From Blastocatellia bacterium (lineage in GTDB: Bacteria > Acidobacteriota > Blastocatellia > UBA7656), in assembly GCA_963765495.1 (NCBI GenBank), contig CAVXWP010000004.1:192001-256000 (forward strand): DNA of 64,000 nt, given 5' to 3'. The notes beneath the pieces were generated by a model. The model worked only from the letters and a program-made list of their open reading frames with translations, was not told the origin of the DNA and ran no database searches. Positions 1-10,224 of the stretch are shown here, piece by piece. Both the position numbers and the translations under genes were made by a program. How positions within the stretch are numbered: the stretch's first letter is position 1; each line of letters begins with the position of its first letter.

Positions 1-155
1 CGGAAGGGATATTTGCCGCCCCCGAAGGCGCTGCCTGTCTGCCCGCGCTAAAACGGTTGCTTGAGCGCGGAGAGGTCGGATCAGACGAGCGCGTAATCAT
101 GTTCAATACGGGAGCAGGGGTAAAGTATCTGGATGCTTTTCAAAATGTAGAATAG
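1..155 (+). CDS. thrC: Threonine synthase, C-terminal fragment (partial at window edge)
   Basis: Manual translation from nt 3: [50 protein letters not shown]; EG..A.PE.AA and NTG.G.KY are typical of the ThrC C-terminus. Confidence 0.75.
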   Translation, partial: EGIFAAPEGAACLPALKRLLERGEVGSDERVIMFNTGAGVKYLDAFQNVE

Positions 156-216
156 AAAAAAGGAATAGGCCACCGATGACGTGGCCAATTCTCATCCTCC
201 ATCTCAACAGGGTCAT

Positions 217-460
217 TCAGTTTTTGAATTGCGGGCAACATGCGTCAGGCGTTTTGCCAGGTTAAGTTGAATGCAAGGCGAATTGAAATAGACCGCGGAT
301 GACGCGGATGCGGCGGATATACGCGGATCTGACACTATATGATTTAATCCGCGTATATCCGCCGCATCCGCGTCATCCGCGGCCTATTCCCATTTTCCTA
401 TTCTACATTTTGGGAAATTGAGTGGCCCTGCCATCTCACTGCCCGCAGGTCAAAAACTGA
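217..460. mobile_element. MITE-like element: 21-bp outer inverted repeats enclosing a 42-bp-arm hairpin
   Basis: TCAGTTTTTGAATTGCGGGCA (217-237) versus TGCCCGCAGGTCAAAAACTGA (440-460), 2 mismatches; inner arms 287-328 and 347-388, 1 mismatch. Confidence 0.5.
287..388. repeat. REP-like palindrome, CGCGGAT 9-mer family
   Basis: AATAGACCGCGGATGACGCGGATGCGGCGGATATACGCGGAT, 18-nt loop, then its reverse complement; relatives at 161-192, 19796-19839, 31661-31690, 37466-37570, 39343-39378. Confidence 0.85.
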
Positions 461-576
461 TAGTATCTGATGACGTGAATACCTTGATCCGGCTATAATT
501 GTGATTTGAATGGTTGGTACAACGAGTCCCGTGACAACCCTTTTTTCAGGTGTAATCCATATCCGAAGGTGTTTTG

Positions 577-1029
577 ATGAGATCGAATATTGTATTTAGG
601 TTTCTGGTTCTGGTTGTAATCTGCTCTGTAATGGCCCCGATGGGTCTGGCTCAAAAGAACAGGGACAAGAAGAAGAAAATAAAAGAGAGCGCCGTAAAGA
701 AATACAATCTTGCCGTCGAACTCTCTTCAAAAGAACAATGGCAGGAAGCTGCCGAGGTTTACAGGCAGGCTATCAGAATAAAACCCGAGAACGTCGAAGC
801 CTACTTTAATCTGGGAGTAACCTACGGCTCGCTCAAACGCCTTACCGAAGCGATTGAGACGCTAAATCATGTGATTGCGCTCAGGCCCAATTACACGGAG
901 GCGCATTACATGATGGGGCTGATTTATGTGGAGATGAAGGATAAAGACCGCGCCGTCGCAACGTACAATACGCTCAAAGGTCTGGACGAGAAACTGGCTG
1001 AAAAGCTTCTCGTCCAGATACCGGAATGA
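577..1029 (+). CDS. Secreted TPR-repeat protein
   Basis: Signal peptide; TPR motifs AYFNLGVTY and AHYMMGLIY. Confidence 0.85.
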   Translation: MRSNIVFRFLVLVVICSVMAPMGLAQKNRDKKKKIKESAVKKYNLAVELSSKEQWQEAAEVYRQAIRIKPENVEAYFNLGVTYGSLKRLTEAIETLNHVIALRPNYTEAHYMMGLIYVEMKDKDRAVATYNTLKGLDEKLAEKLLVQIPE

Positions 1030-1055
1030 ATTACCGGAATGAATTACCGGAATGA
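1021..1055 (+). repeat. 13-bp tandem repeat (CCGGAATGAATTA) spanning the stop codon
   Basis: Three copies of CCGGAATGA at period 13. Confidence 0.85.
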
Positions 1056-1100
1056 GGCGAGAAGCTTTTCAAGGCTTACCGATTTGTGAGGCGTTTGCTG

Positions 1101-1562
1101 CTATTCGGTCGGGGTGACCACTTCGATACCGGCGGCGACAGCGGCATCGAGTCCGCCGCTCAGAGTAAAGGCATTTTCAAACCCCATCCCTCTTAGGGTG
1201 TGCATCTCGCTTTCAGCCGCTTCATCGTGCGGGCAGGTGCAGTAGGTTACGATCACGGTCTTTTTGTTTGCGCCCTTGGCCCAATCTTCGATGTTGTCCA
1301 CAGGAACGTGTATGGCTCCCTTGAGAATCTTCCCGTCGAGTTCGTGGCGCGCATCAATCACCGTGATCTTTTCTCCTTTGTCGAGACGCGCCTTCAGGTC
1401 TTTGGCGCTGATCTGATGGTTTTCGGTGTCGTCGATAGTCGTAAGACCGGCAGCCCCGCCCGAAACCGTCGCCCGCAGATGGCTGCCTCTTTGAGCAAAT
1501 GAGACTCCTGCTGTCAGAACTGTTATCGCCAATGTCGCAAGAAAAATATGCCGAATTTTCAT
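1101..1562 (-). CDS. Exported rhodanese-like domain protein
   Basis: ATG 1562 with AGGAG RBS; signal peptide; VIDAR, GAIHVP, YCTCPHDE loop, LSGGLDA. Confidence 0.85.
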   Translation of the reverse strand: MKIRHIFLATLAITVLTAGVSFAQRGSHLRATVSGGAAGLTTIDDTENHQISAKDLKARLDKGEKITVIDARHELDGKILKGAIHVPVDNIEDWAKGANKKTVIVTYCTCPHDEAAESEMHTLRGMGFENAFTLSGGLDAAVAAGIEVVTPTE

Positions 1563-1887
1563 TCTTATCTCCTTCTGAATTGATTGGCCGACAGACCCGC
1601 GCTCGCCCATTTTAGTCATAAATCAGACGGCTGCCGTCCAGACAGAAAATATACCACGCCTCTCGTTTCCAAGTCATGGCGGAAGCCTTCCAGGACAGGG
1701 AGCCACTTCCCACCCATTCGCATAGATCGGGGCCGTAAGATTTGAGACGCAGACTCCCGCGCCCGGTCCCCTTTGACCAAATCTGCAAGTAACGGTTGTG
1801 CATTAGGGAAATATTTTTTAGAATGGCCTACGCCACACTGTTCCGTTTATAACTCACAAGGTACGAGCGCGCACCAAGGAGGCGAAG

Positions 1888-3435
1888 ATGAAACTCTTGA
1901 AGATATTTGTTTTCACGGTTGTTTCTGTGTTCATAACCTATGCTGTGGTAACAAATAAATCGGTAGAAGCACAAAACGCATCAACCCGAATAGGGGAAAA
2001 ACCTGCCCTCGAAGAACACGTCAACGAGGCCGACATCGAAAATGGAACCCTCAAATTCAAGAAGGTTCTCGAAATCGGGGAGGAGATTTTTGCTGCCCGA
2101 TGGACAAAACTCGACGGTCAGGGACGCCCGGCCGCTACCGGAAACGGAGCGCCTACAAAACGCGATATAGCGAATGATCCCGGTTTCCTGCGCACATCCG
2201 GCACCGACTCCACAGGCTGCGCCGATTGTCACAGTCAGCCGACCGTGGGAGGAGCGGGCGGCTTCGTATCCAACGTATTCGTGCTGGCACAGGTTCTTGA
2301 TCCTGTCACGGAATCGGTCGCAGCCGATTTCTCGGATGAGCGCAATACGCTTGGCATGAACGGCTCGGGCGCAATAGAGATGCTGGCGCGTGAAATGACT
2401 ACGGATATGATCGCGATACGGGAAGCCGCCATTGCACAGGCGAAGGCTTCCGGGACCACTGTTACAAATCAGCTCAACACCAAAGGCGTCAACTTTGGTC
2501 AGATCACAGCGAAACCCGATGGCAGCGTAGATACTTCACATGTGGTAGGCGTTGATGCGGACCTCATCATAAAGCCTTTCCATCAAAAAGGCGTTGTAAA
2601 CTCGGTCCGTGTCTTTACGGTGAATGCCTACAATCATCACCACGGCATGGAACCGGTTGAAAGATTCGGGATCGGTCAGAAGGACAACAAGGGGAATATA
2701 ATCACGACCAACGATTTCGATGAAGATGGCGTGCCGGATGAATTGACCGTTGGCGACATCACGGCGGCAACTCTGTTTCAGGTGGCTATGAATATCCCCG
2801 GCAGAGTGATTCCAGGCACTGCGGCTCGCCGTCAGGCCGCGGAGCGCGGAGAGGCGCGATTTACCGAGATTGGCTGCGCGGATTGTCACATCCCATCCAT
2901 GATGCTCAACAGCCGTAACTTCACCGAACCGAACCCGTTTAATCCGCCGGGGAACCTTCGCCCGCAGGATGTGGGGCAACTGATAACTTTTGATCTGACC
3001 CGCGACATTCAAAAGCCCCGGCTTGAGAGGGCCGGATCGGGCAGCGCAATCGTTCACGCCTTTACCGATCTGAAACGTCACGTGATCTGCGATGATGCAG
3101 ACCCCTTCTTTCGTAACGAGCGCGTGGTTCAAAGCGGCGTGCCCGTCGATACGTTCATCACGCGAAAACTCTGGGATGTCGGCAATACGGCCCCGTACGG
3201 ACACAGAGGCGACCTGACTACGATCACGGAAGCGATCATGCATCATGCTGGCGAAGCACGACCGCAGAGGGAGCGCTTCGCGGCGCTCAGCCAGGATGCG
3301 CAGGCCGAGATTGTCGAGTTTTTGAAGCAGCTACAGGTCCTGCCCATTGGATCAAAAAATGTAGTGACCGAAGATGAGCTTCGGGCACTGTTAAAGAGCC
3401 AGAAGAAGGTCCACCCGTCAGATGTACTTGATTAA
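1888..3435 (+). CDS. Di-haem oxidoreductase (DHOR / thiol oxidoreductase-like) c-type cytochrome
   Basis: Two CADCH motifs, FTDLKRH, TRKLWDVG, PYGHRG, EAIMHHAGEA; signal peptide; AGGAGG RBS. Confidence 0.85.
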   Translation: MKLLKIFVFTVVSVFITYAVVTNKSVEAQNASTRIGEKPALEEHVNEADIENGTLKFKKVLEIGEEIFAARWTKLDGQGRPAATGNGAPTKRDIANDPGFLRTSGTDSTGCADCHSQPTVGGAGGFVSNVFVLAQVLDPVTESVAADFSDERNTLGMNGSGAIEMLAREMTTDMIAIREAAIAQAKASGTTVTNQLNTKGVNFGQITAKPDGSVDTSHVVGVDADLIIKPFHQKGVVNSVRVFTVNAYNHHHGMEPVERFGIGQKDNKGNIITTNDFDEDGVPDELTVGDITAATLFQVAMNIPGRVIPGTAARRQAAERGEARFTEIGCADCHIPSMMLNSRNFTEPNPFNPPGNLRPQDVGQLITFDLTRDIQKPRLERAGSGSAIVHAFTDLKRHVICDDADPFFRNERVVQSGVPVDTFITRKLWDVGNTAPYGHRGDLTTITEAIMHHAGEARPQRERFAALSQDAQAEIVEFLKQLQVLPIGSKNVVTEDELRALLKSQKKVHPSDVLD

Positions 3436-3567
3436 GACTGGCGCGGATAATTTTATCGTCAACAGGAGATAGATCATGAGTGCGCGGTCCAAAGATTGTT
3501 CACTTGTGATCTATTGTCTTTTAGTTCACTGTTGATTGATAGATTCTTTATCCGAGGATTGGCTAAA

Positions 3568-4224
3568 ATGCATAAGGAACATGATTTTCACAGCCGAGAA
3601 TATGTAGAGTCCTGGGCAGAGACAGTAAACGAAAGAAGACCGCAGCGAGCCGTCGTCTTCGATCACATCGCAGAGTTGATTTCGACGCTGGCGCATCCGA
3701 AACCCCATGTGGTCGAACTCGCGCCCGGTCCCGGAATGCTGGCCGAAGTCCTGCTGACAAAACTGCCTGAAATGAGTTATGAGGCCGTTGATTTTTCTCG
3801 GCCCATGCTGAAATTGGCCGAAGAAAGACTGGTCAATTTCAAGGACAGGACTCAGTTCCATTGCGCCGATCTGCTAAAACCCGGATGGACATCTTTGTTG
3901 GAAAAAGATGTGCAGGCATTTGTTTCCATGCAGGCGCTGCACGATCTTCGAAGCGACCGGGCGATTGCAGATGTCTACCGGGCGGCGCGGCAACATCTGT
4001 CAGGCGGCGGGATGCTTGTAAACGCGGATCTGATCGCGGGAGGGGAAAAACCTAAAGCGTCAAACACAGAAGAGTCAAATACCGGAAAGTCAAACCCAGG
4101 TCGCCTGACGGTTTCCCGTCACCTTAAATTGTTGAAAGAGGCAGGTTTCATCGAAGCCCGTTGCAGTCTGGACTTTGGCGATTATGCCTGTGTGGTCGCT
4201 AAGACCCCGATGCGTAAAGCGTGA
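3568..4224 (+). CDS. Class I SAM-dependent methyltransferase
   Basis: VVELAPGPG, AVDFSRPML, ALHDL, GGMLVNAD motifs. Confidence 0.85.
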   Translation: MHKEHDFHSREYVESWAETVNERRPQRAVVFDHIAELISTLAHPKPHVVELAPGPGMLAEVLLTKLPEMSYEAVDFSRPMLKLAEERLVNFKDRTQFHCADLLKPGWTSLLEKDVQAFVSMQALHDLRSDRAIADVYRAARQHLSGGGMLVNADLIAGGEKPKASNTEESNTGKSNPGRLTVSRHLKLLKEAGFIEARCSLDFGDYACVVAKTPMRKA

Positions 4225-4320
4225 TTCGTAAAGCGTGATTCGTAAAGCGTGAATTAGCAAACTTGCGAGCTGGTTATTACAATCTGCTTTCCTGATGATC
4301 ACGAATCACGAATCACGCTT
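4212..4320. repeat. Inverted heptamer-repeat element (CGTGAT family)
   Basis: Left arm (GCGTGATTCGTAAA)n 4212-4252, right arm (ATCACGA)n 4298-4320; the upstream gene's TGA lies in the left arm. Confidence 0.8.
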
Positions 4321-4351
4321 CATTAGCGGTTATCTGAGTTAGAGCGCGAGA

Positions 4352-5095
4352 TTAGCTCGGTTTCTTGTTGGCAGGCTCGGGCGGCTTTTCCGGCTGGCGC
4401 TGCTCGCGGCGCGGAAAAGGCAACACCGAAAGCGGGCGCGCGTGCCCTTGATGACACTCGTTGCAAGTGACCGCGCTCCCGTCGCTTTTCACAAGCCCGT
4501 GCTCATACTCGGTCATCATGAAACGGGCTATCTGTTTGCGTGGCGTGTCCTCATCGAAGTCCGATGTATGACAATAGATGCATTCAACGCCAAGCGCCTT
4601 GGTAAATTCCATCATCGTTTCCATCAACTTGGCGCGCGGAATGCCCTTGAGAACCTGTATCTCTTCCGTCTTGCGGCCAACTGCCATCTCAAACGGTCTT
4701 GTGCGCAGTAAGTTAGGCTGGTTCTTGTGACAAGCGGCGCAATCGAGCGCGCTGCCGTCCTTGTGCTTCATGCCCATTTCGTAATCGCGCAGCATCAAAC
4801 GCGCGACGGCCTTGCGCGGTGTGTCCTGTTCAAACGGGCGGACGTGGCAAAAGTTGCACTCGACGCCGAGTTCCTGTGACATTGACCTCATCTTTTGAAG
4901 GACCTGTTGAAAGGTCATATCTTTCGGAAGTACCTGTAGATTTTTTGGCGCGGGCGGCGTTTGCTGATTGCCCGCAGGCGCGCCCTTGGGCGGTTCTTCC
5001 TTCTGCCCGGTTTGATGTTTCGCCTCAACTATGGACGCGGCAACAAGGAGTGCCGAGAAGAGTATTACGACCAGCTTCAACCTCAGTTTGCTCAT
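4352..5095 (-). CDS. Tetrahaem c-type cytochrome, PufC (reaction-centre cytochrome)-like family
   Basis: Signal peptide; CNFCH, CAACH, CIYCH, CNECH; duplicated unit QVL..M..LGVECxxCH..DTPRK..AR.M. Confidence 0.85.
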   Translation of the reverse strand: MSKLRLKLVVILFSALLVAASIVEAKHQTGQKEEPPKGAPAGNQQTPPAPKNLQVLPKDMTFQQVLQKMRSMSQELGVECNFCHVRPFEQDTPRKAVARLMLRDYEMGMKHKDGSALDCAACHKNQPNLLRTRPFEMAVGRKTEEIQVLKGIPRAKLMETMMEFTKALGVECIYCHTSDFDEDTPRKQIARFMMTEYEHGLVKSDGSAVTCNECHQGHARPLSVLPFPRREQRQPEKPPEPANKKPS

Positions 5096-5363
5096 ATTCT
5101 TTCTCCAGTAGAGTTGATTTGAATAAAATGCCCGAGCGCTGATTATATACGATCCTTAAATTATCGCGAAACGCATAGCGATAGATCAGAGGGAGGAGGC
5201 CAGAAATTCCCAGGGTCATTAAAGGGGCCAGCTCTCCGCTTTGAAAATCTACTTTGCATCAGCCCCGGTCCGCAATCATTGGCCCGCGACTCAGGTCTAT
5301 GGTAAGTTATGCACTCGTTTTCAGGTGCGTTCTTTTAAGGCTGACTCGTATCTGAATCGCGGT

Positions 5364-6119
5364 ATGAATGAGTGGTATAAAGAAGACCTGGCCTATATAC
5401 ACGATGTCGGTTTTCGCGATTTTGCTATAAAATCCGCGCCCGGCATACTACGGATATTTCATCGTAATAAAATTCACAACGCGCTGGTGGTCGATCTCGG
5501 TTGCGGCAGCGGATTGTGGGCGCGCGAACTGGCTCAGGCAGGGTATAGGGTGCTGGGTGTTGATATTTCGGAATCGATGCTTCAAATAGCCCGACAAAGA
5601 GTCCCCGATGGCGAGTTTCGCCTCGGCTCGCTTTTCACAGCCGATATTCCGCCTTGCGGCGCTGTCACATCGCTCGGCGAATGCCTAAACTACGCATTCG
5701 ATCCAAACAACGATCAACAGGCTCTCGCGCGGCTGTTTGAAAGAATTTATAGCGGGCTTCTCCCCGGCGGCGTCTTCGTCTTCGACATAGTTGAGCCGGG
5801 GCAGATTCCTCGCGGGGCCATAACCAGAGCATGGACCGAAGGCGAAGACTGGGTTGTGCTGGTCGAAAAAGAAGAGGACGAGGAACAGACCGTCTTGAAG
5901 CGCAGGATTATGACTTTTAGAAAATTTGGTGAGCACTATAGAAGATCGGACGAAGTGCATCATCAGTGGTTGTTCAGGTCTGAAGACATCGCAAACAGAC
6001 TTCGAAGCACAGGATTTGACCTTCGAACTCTTAGAAGTTACGGCCGGTATAGATTGCCGAAGGCGCGTGTGGCATTCATAGCCCGCAAGCCGGAAGTGGA
6101 TAGGGTCAACCCTGTCTGA
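5364..6119 (+). CDS. Class I SAM-dependent methyltransferase
   Basis: VVDLGCGSG, GVDISESML, LLPGGVFVFD. Confidence 0.9.
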   Translation: MNEWYKEDLAYIHDVGFRDFAIKSAPGILRIFHRNKIHNALVVDLGCGSGLWARELAQAGYRVLGVDISESMLQIARQRVPDGEFRLGSLFTADIPPCGAVTSLGECLNYAFDPNNDQQALARLFERIYSGLLPGGVFVFDIVEPGQIPRGAITRAWTEGEDWVVLVEKEEDEEQTVLKRRIMTFRKFGEHYRRSDEVHHQWLFRSEDIANRLRSTGFDLRTLRSYGRYRLPKARVAFIARKPEVDRVNPV

Positions 6120-6136
6120 GCTTTTTTCACTAAGCG

Positions 6137-8554
6137 ATGAAGAAGAAGCGCAAAACCGTGCAGACAAAAAAGGCATCCGGCGACCGTCCGGCGAGTGCCC
6201 TCCTTTACCTGACCATCTCGGTACTTGTCCTGGTCCCCCTGATCTTCAGCACATCATTTTATACAAAATTTTCGCTTCCCAAATTTGTAGTGTTGCTTAT
6301 CGGTTCGTCGCTGCTTCTCGTTTTGCTCGCGCTCAAATCGGCAGGAGATAAAACGAGCGCGAGCCTTGTACCGCGCCCGTTCAAATCAAGGATTGTGAAG
6401 GTCGTTTGCCTTTATGTCGTCCTGATCGCGGTTTCATCTCTTTTTGGCGTAGCCCCGGTCGTATCCCTGTTTGGAAGCCATTTCAATTACATGGGATTGA
6501 TCACTCGTCTCTGCTTTTTTGTCCTCTTCATTGCCTTGATAATATCAGTAGGCGAAAGCGAAGACCGATTGCGGAAGGTGCTCTGGCCGATGGTCGGCAC
6601 AGGGTTTATTGTGGCGCTCTACGGCGTGGCTCAGGCATTTGGTATTGACCCTTTTGTCTCTCCGAGCATTTACACATTTTCCTCACCCGATGGGCCGCTG
6701 GTTCGTGTGTGCGCCACGCTCGGCCATTCGGATTATCTGGGCAATTTCCTGCTTTACACTACCCCGCTCGGCGCAGGGCTTGCGCTTTCCTCGCGCGGCT
6801 GGCTGAAAATGGCTGCCATCCTTGCAACTCTATTATCGTTAGCCGCCATTGCCTTCAGCGGGACGCGCGGCGCATGGGTAGGCATCGTGGTCGGCGCAGC
6901 GGTTTTTGTCTTCCTCGAATTGAAGGGCAAGGCGACCGGGGCCGCCTTCTCAAAGAACCGCCGAATGGTGCTGGCCTCCGTGGTAGTCTCAATCGTAATC
7001 CTCGGATCAATAATTGCCGTAAGCCCGGCATCAAAGAGCATCTCAATACGGACAGGGGCGCTACTGAAGGAAGGAGCGGCAACATCAGGACGCAACATTT
7101 TATGGCGCGATTCTCTGAAGATGGTGTCTCCATTTTCGCTGATCGGTTGCGGCCCGGAAGGATTCCGCAAGGCTCTCTTAGGTTTCAAATCGAAAGAGCT
7201 GGCTCGTCTTTCTCCAAGCGCCAATAACGAAAGCTCACATAATTCATATCTTGACACGGCCATACTCTTCGGTTTGCCGGGGCTGATCGCGTACATATTT
7301 ATCATAGTGCTCGCGATGGCCCAATTCATCCGCGCTCGCAAAAAGGCAGGATCGCAAAACCTGCGAATCATCCTGACGGGGCTGGTCGCTTCATTTGCGG
7401 GCGTACTGGCGCACAATTTTTTCATCTACGATCAGATCACGACCGGCCTTTACTTCTTCGCCTTTATCGCGCTCGCGCAGATCGCGTCAATCATCACCGA
7501 TGGAACGAGCACGACGACCGATGCCCGCAGGGGTGAGCAATCTGGCTCTTCAAATAAGAATGTATCGGCAGGAAAGAGCCCGGCCCCGAACGCTCGGAAG
7601 CGAAACGTGTGGGCAGGGCCGATTGTCGCTGCCTGCCTATCGCTTGCTGCGATCTGGTACTCAATCGGACTGGCAAAATCCGATATGGCTTACAAAGAGA
7701 TGTTCGATCCGGCAAACCCGCTTGATTATGACGCCCTGGTGAGTTATGGCGAGCGCGTTACTAACAGCCCGCTGCCAACCGGGGCTTATGATTATCTTTT
7801 CGCGCGTGTCGTCCAGCTTTTCGTCAATCAATTGCCCGAGGCTTCAAAGACGCTCGACCGATCACAGGCGGGCAGCGTTGACGTTGGCGCGATTCGGGCC
7901 GGGGCGCTGGCTCTGGGCATCGAGCACGCGGAAAAATCGCTTGCTCACACGGTTACACCGGGTTTGAATTATTCGCTCCTTGGCGCGCTGGCGCTGGCTG
8001 CGGGCGATGTTGAGAAACTGCGATACGGGGCGGAGGAAGCTGTAAAAGCCGACCCGAACAACTATTACAATCGGTGGTTGATGGCCGAAGCATTTCTGGC
8101 TCGCGGGGAAAACGACCGCGCAGCCGTTGAAGCGAGGACGGCCCTCGATCTCTATCCCGCATCGAAAGAAGCGGCCTCCGCGCTTGCAAGGGCGATGGGC
8201 AAGGACCCAAAGGATGAAACCGTAATAGCAGAAATCCTGTCAGATGTACGCGAATCCAAATCCGGCGGCGAGGCATACGACGCGGCAGCCCTGATTCAAA
8301 GAGCGCGCCAGTATTCACAAGCGGGCAAGTTTAAGAAGGCGCAAATCAGGTTGATGGCCGCTATCCGAAAGACGGGTGATTCGTGTCCCGACTGCCATCA
8401 GGAACTTGCCATCGTTTACGAGAAGATGAATCGCTACGGCGATGCAATAGTCGAATGGGAAGCTTACCTCAAACAATCCCCTGAGGCCGCATCTGCCGAA
8501 GAGATCAAAGCGCGGATAGAAACACTCAAAGAGAAAAAGAATCCTTCAAAGTAG
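6137..8554 (+). CDS. O-antigen ligase (Wzy_C/PglL-like) membrane protein with C-terminal TPRs
   Basis: Many TM segments, TLGHSDYLG, SGTRGAWVG, GCGPEGF, SSHNSYL; TPR-like helical tail. Confidence 0.85.
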   Translation: MKKKRKTVQTKKASGDRPASALLYLTISVLVLVPLIFSTSFYTKFSLPKFVVLLIGSSLLLVLLALKSAGDKTSASLVPRPFKSRIVKVVCLYVVLIAVSSLFGVAPVVSLFGSHFNYMGLITRLCFFVLFIALIISVGESEDRLRKVLWPMVGTGFIVALYGVAQAFGIDPFVSPSIYTFSSPDGPLVRVCATLGHSDYLGNFLLYTTPLGAGLALSSRGWLKMAAILATLLSLAAIAFSGTRGAWVGIVVGAAVFVFLELKGKATGAAFSKNRRMVLASVVVSIVILGSIIAVSPASKSISIRTGALLKEGAATSGRNILWRDSLKMVSPFSLIGCGPEGFRKALLGFKSKELARLSPSANNESSHNSYLDTAILFGLPGLIAYIFIIVLAMAQFIRARKKAGSQNLRIILTGLVASFAGVLAHNFFIYDQITTGLYFFAFIALAQIASIITDGTSTTTDARRGEQSGSSNKNVSAGKSPAPNARKRNVWAGPIVAACLSLAAIWYSIGLAKSDMAYKEMFDPANPLDYDALVSYGERVTNSPLPTGAYDYLFARVVQLFVNQLPEASKTLDRSQAGSVDVGAIRAGALALGIEHAEKSLAHTVTPGLNYSLLGALALAAGDVEKLRYGAEEAVKADPNNYYNRWLMAEAFLARGENDRAAVEARTALDLYPASKEAASALARAMGKDPKDETVIAEILSDVRESKSGGEAYDAAALIQRARQYSQAGKFKKAQIRLMAAIRKTGDSCPDCHQELAIVYEKMNRYGDAIVEWEAYLKQSPEAASAEEIKARIETLKEKKNPSK

Positions 8555-8619
8555 GCTATTTACACGCCACAACCCGCAGATCATTGGATATATTTTCGGA
8601 ATGGGAGTACAAATGAGGA

Positions 8620-10224
8620 ATGAAAATCTTGCTGTACTGCCCTGATAATGGTGTAACTCGTAATTTCATGCCGCATCTGTGGATGTTTCTTTTGCAGGCG
8701 CTCACGCCGCCCGGTCATGAGGTGATCCTCATTGACGGAAATGCGCGAGCGATGAACGAGGATGAGCTTGTGGATTTTGTGCGCAAGCAAGGCATCGGTC
8801 TTGTAGGCATCGGCGCGATGACCAGAATGATAGCAAAGGCATATCGCATGGCTGATGCGATTCGCGCAGCGGGAGTGCCCGTAGTGATGGGAGGCCCTCA
8901 TGTAACGGAGGTTCCCGATGAAGCGCTTGGGCGCGATGGAGGCCCGCGCCACGCCGATGCAGTTGCCCTCGGTGAAGCCGATGAGACCTGGCCGCAAATA
9001 GTCGCAGATGCCGCCAGCGGCACGCTCAAGGACATATATACGCCGGTTGACTCGGCGGGCAAAGAACGCAAGCCCGCGCTTCAGCCCTATCCGGTCATTC
9101 CGTGGGAATCACTCGACCTCGAACAATTCAATCTGGTTCCAAAAATGTTTGCTCCCCTGCTCAGACGGCTTGGCGGCGGCTGGAGCACATTTCGAGTCAT
9201 CCCGGTCGAAAGCGGACGAGGCTGTCCATACGGCTGCGAGTTCTGCACCGTGACCGGCTTTTTCGGCGATTCGATAAGATTTCGCGCAAACGAATGCGTG
9301 GTCAGTGAACTCCTCAGATTGAAGGCCCGCGCCCATAGTGAGGAAGGGCAGATAGCCGTCTTCTTCATAGATGATAATTTCGCCATCAACATCAAGCGCA
9401 CGAAATCGCTGCTGCGTGATATTATCGCCGCCGACGCACAGCTATTCTGGGTTGCGCAGATCAGCGCCAATCTGCTGCGCGATGAAGAGCTTGTTGATCT
9501 CATAGCGGCCTCGGGCGGCAGGTGGATATTCATCGGCATGGAATCGCTTGACGCGACCAATCTCGCCGATGTGAACAAGGGATTCAATAAGCCTGATGAA
9601 TACGCCTCGGTTCTGGAAAGGCTCGCCGCCCGCAATATTCATGCGATCACCTCTTTCATCTTCGGCATGGATAACGATACGCCGGGCGCGGCCGAGCGAA
9701 CGCTCAACCAGATTCGCAACTGGCCTCCGGGGCTTCCCGTATTCGGCACGCTCACACCATTTCCTTCGACGCCGCTTTATAAGCGGCTTGAGGTCGCCGG
9801 ACGGCTTACCCGTCCAAAACACTGGCTGGATTTTCACCCTTTCCAGATGGCGCATACTCCATTGAAGATGACGATTGACGAGGCTCAGGCGGAGGTCAAT
9901 TTTGCCTGGAGCGGTTCCTATAACCCCGAGGCAATAGAAAGAGCCGTAAACTCGATCAGCGACAAGCACGTAGGCGAGCGCATAAACATTCTGATTTCGC
10001 GCCTGATATTTCGGGGCATCTATTTTCCACAGATGGGCGTCTGGGCCTGGACAAAAGTGCTTGTTCAAAACCGCCGCGCGATTTACAACATCGTAAAAGA
10101 GGGTCTGACAGCCTTGCGCCGCGCGCGAAAGCTAAGTAGGGCCAGACCCGAACCATACTACCCGTCTGAAAATCCCGTGGAGGTGGAACACGCAAGGAGT
10201 GTTGGAAGCAAATCGGGCGATTAA
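8620..10224 (+). CDS. B12-binding radical SAM protein
   Basis: VVMGGPHVT, GEAD, RGCPYGCEFC (CxxxCxxC), FIDDNF, FIGMES. Confidence 0.9.
   Translation: MKILLYCPDNGVTRNFMPHLWMFLLQALTPPGHEVILIDGNARAMNEDELVDFVRKQGIGLVGIGAMTRMIAKAYRMADAIRAAGVPVVMGGPHVTEVPDEALGRDGGPRHADAVALGEADETWPQIVADAASGTLKDIYTPVDSAGKERKPALQPYPVIPWESLDLEQFNLVPKMFAPLLRRLGGGWSTFRVIPVESGRGCPYGCEFCTVTGFFGDSIRFRANECVVSELLRLKARAHSEEGQIAVFFIDDNFAINIKRTKSLLRDIIAADAQLFWVAQISANLLRDEELVDLIAASGGRWIFIGMESLDATNLADVNKGFNKPDEYASVLERLAARNIHAITSFIFGMDNDTPGAAERTLNQIRNWPPGLPVFGTLTPFPSTPLYKRLEVAGRLTRPKHWLDFHPFQMAHTPLKMTIDEAQAEVNFAWSGSYNPEAIERAVNSISDKHVGERINILISRLIFRGIYFPQMGVWAWTKVLVQNRRAIYNIVKEGLTALRRARKLSRARPEPYYPSENPVEVEHARSVGSKSGD

Noticed and set aside
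2536-3246. 236-aa - strand ORF and similar overlapping ORFs throughout
   Set aside because: Shadow ORFs expected in GC-rich coding DNA.
4352-5095. Evidence of phototrophy
   Set aside because: PufC-like cytochrome alone, with no puf, psc or bch genes in the window.
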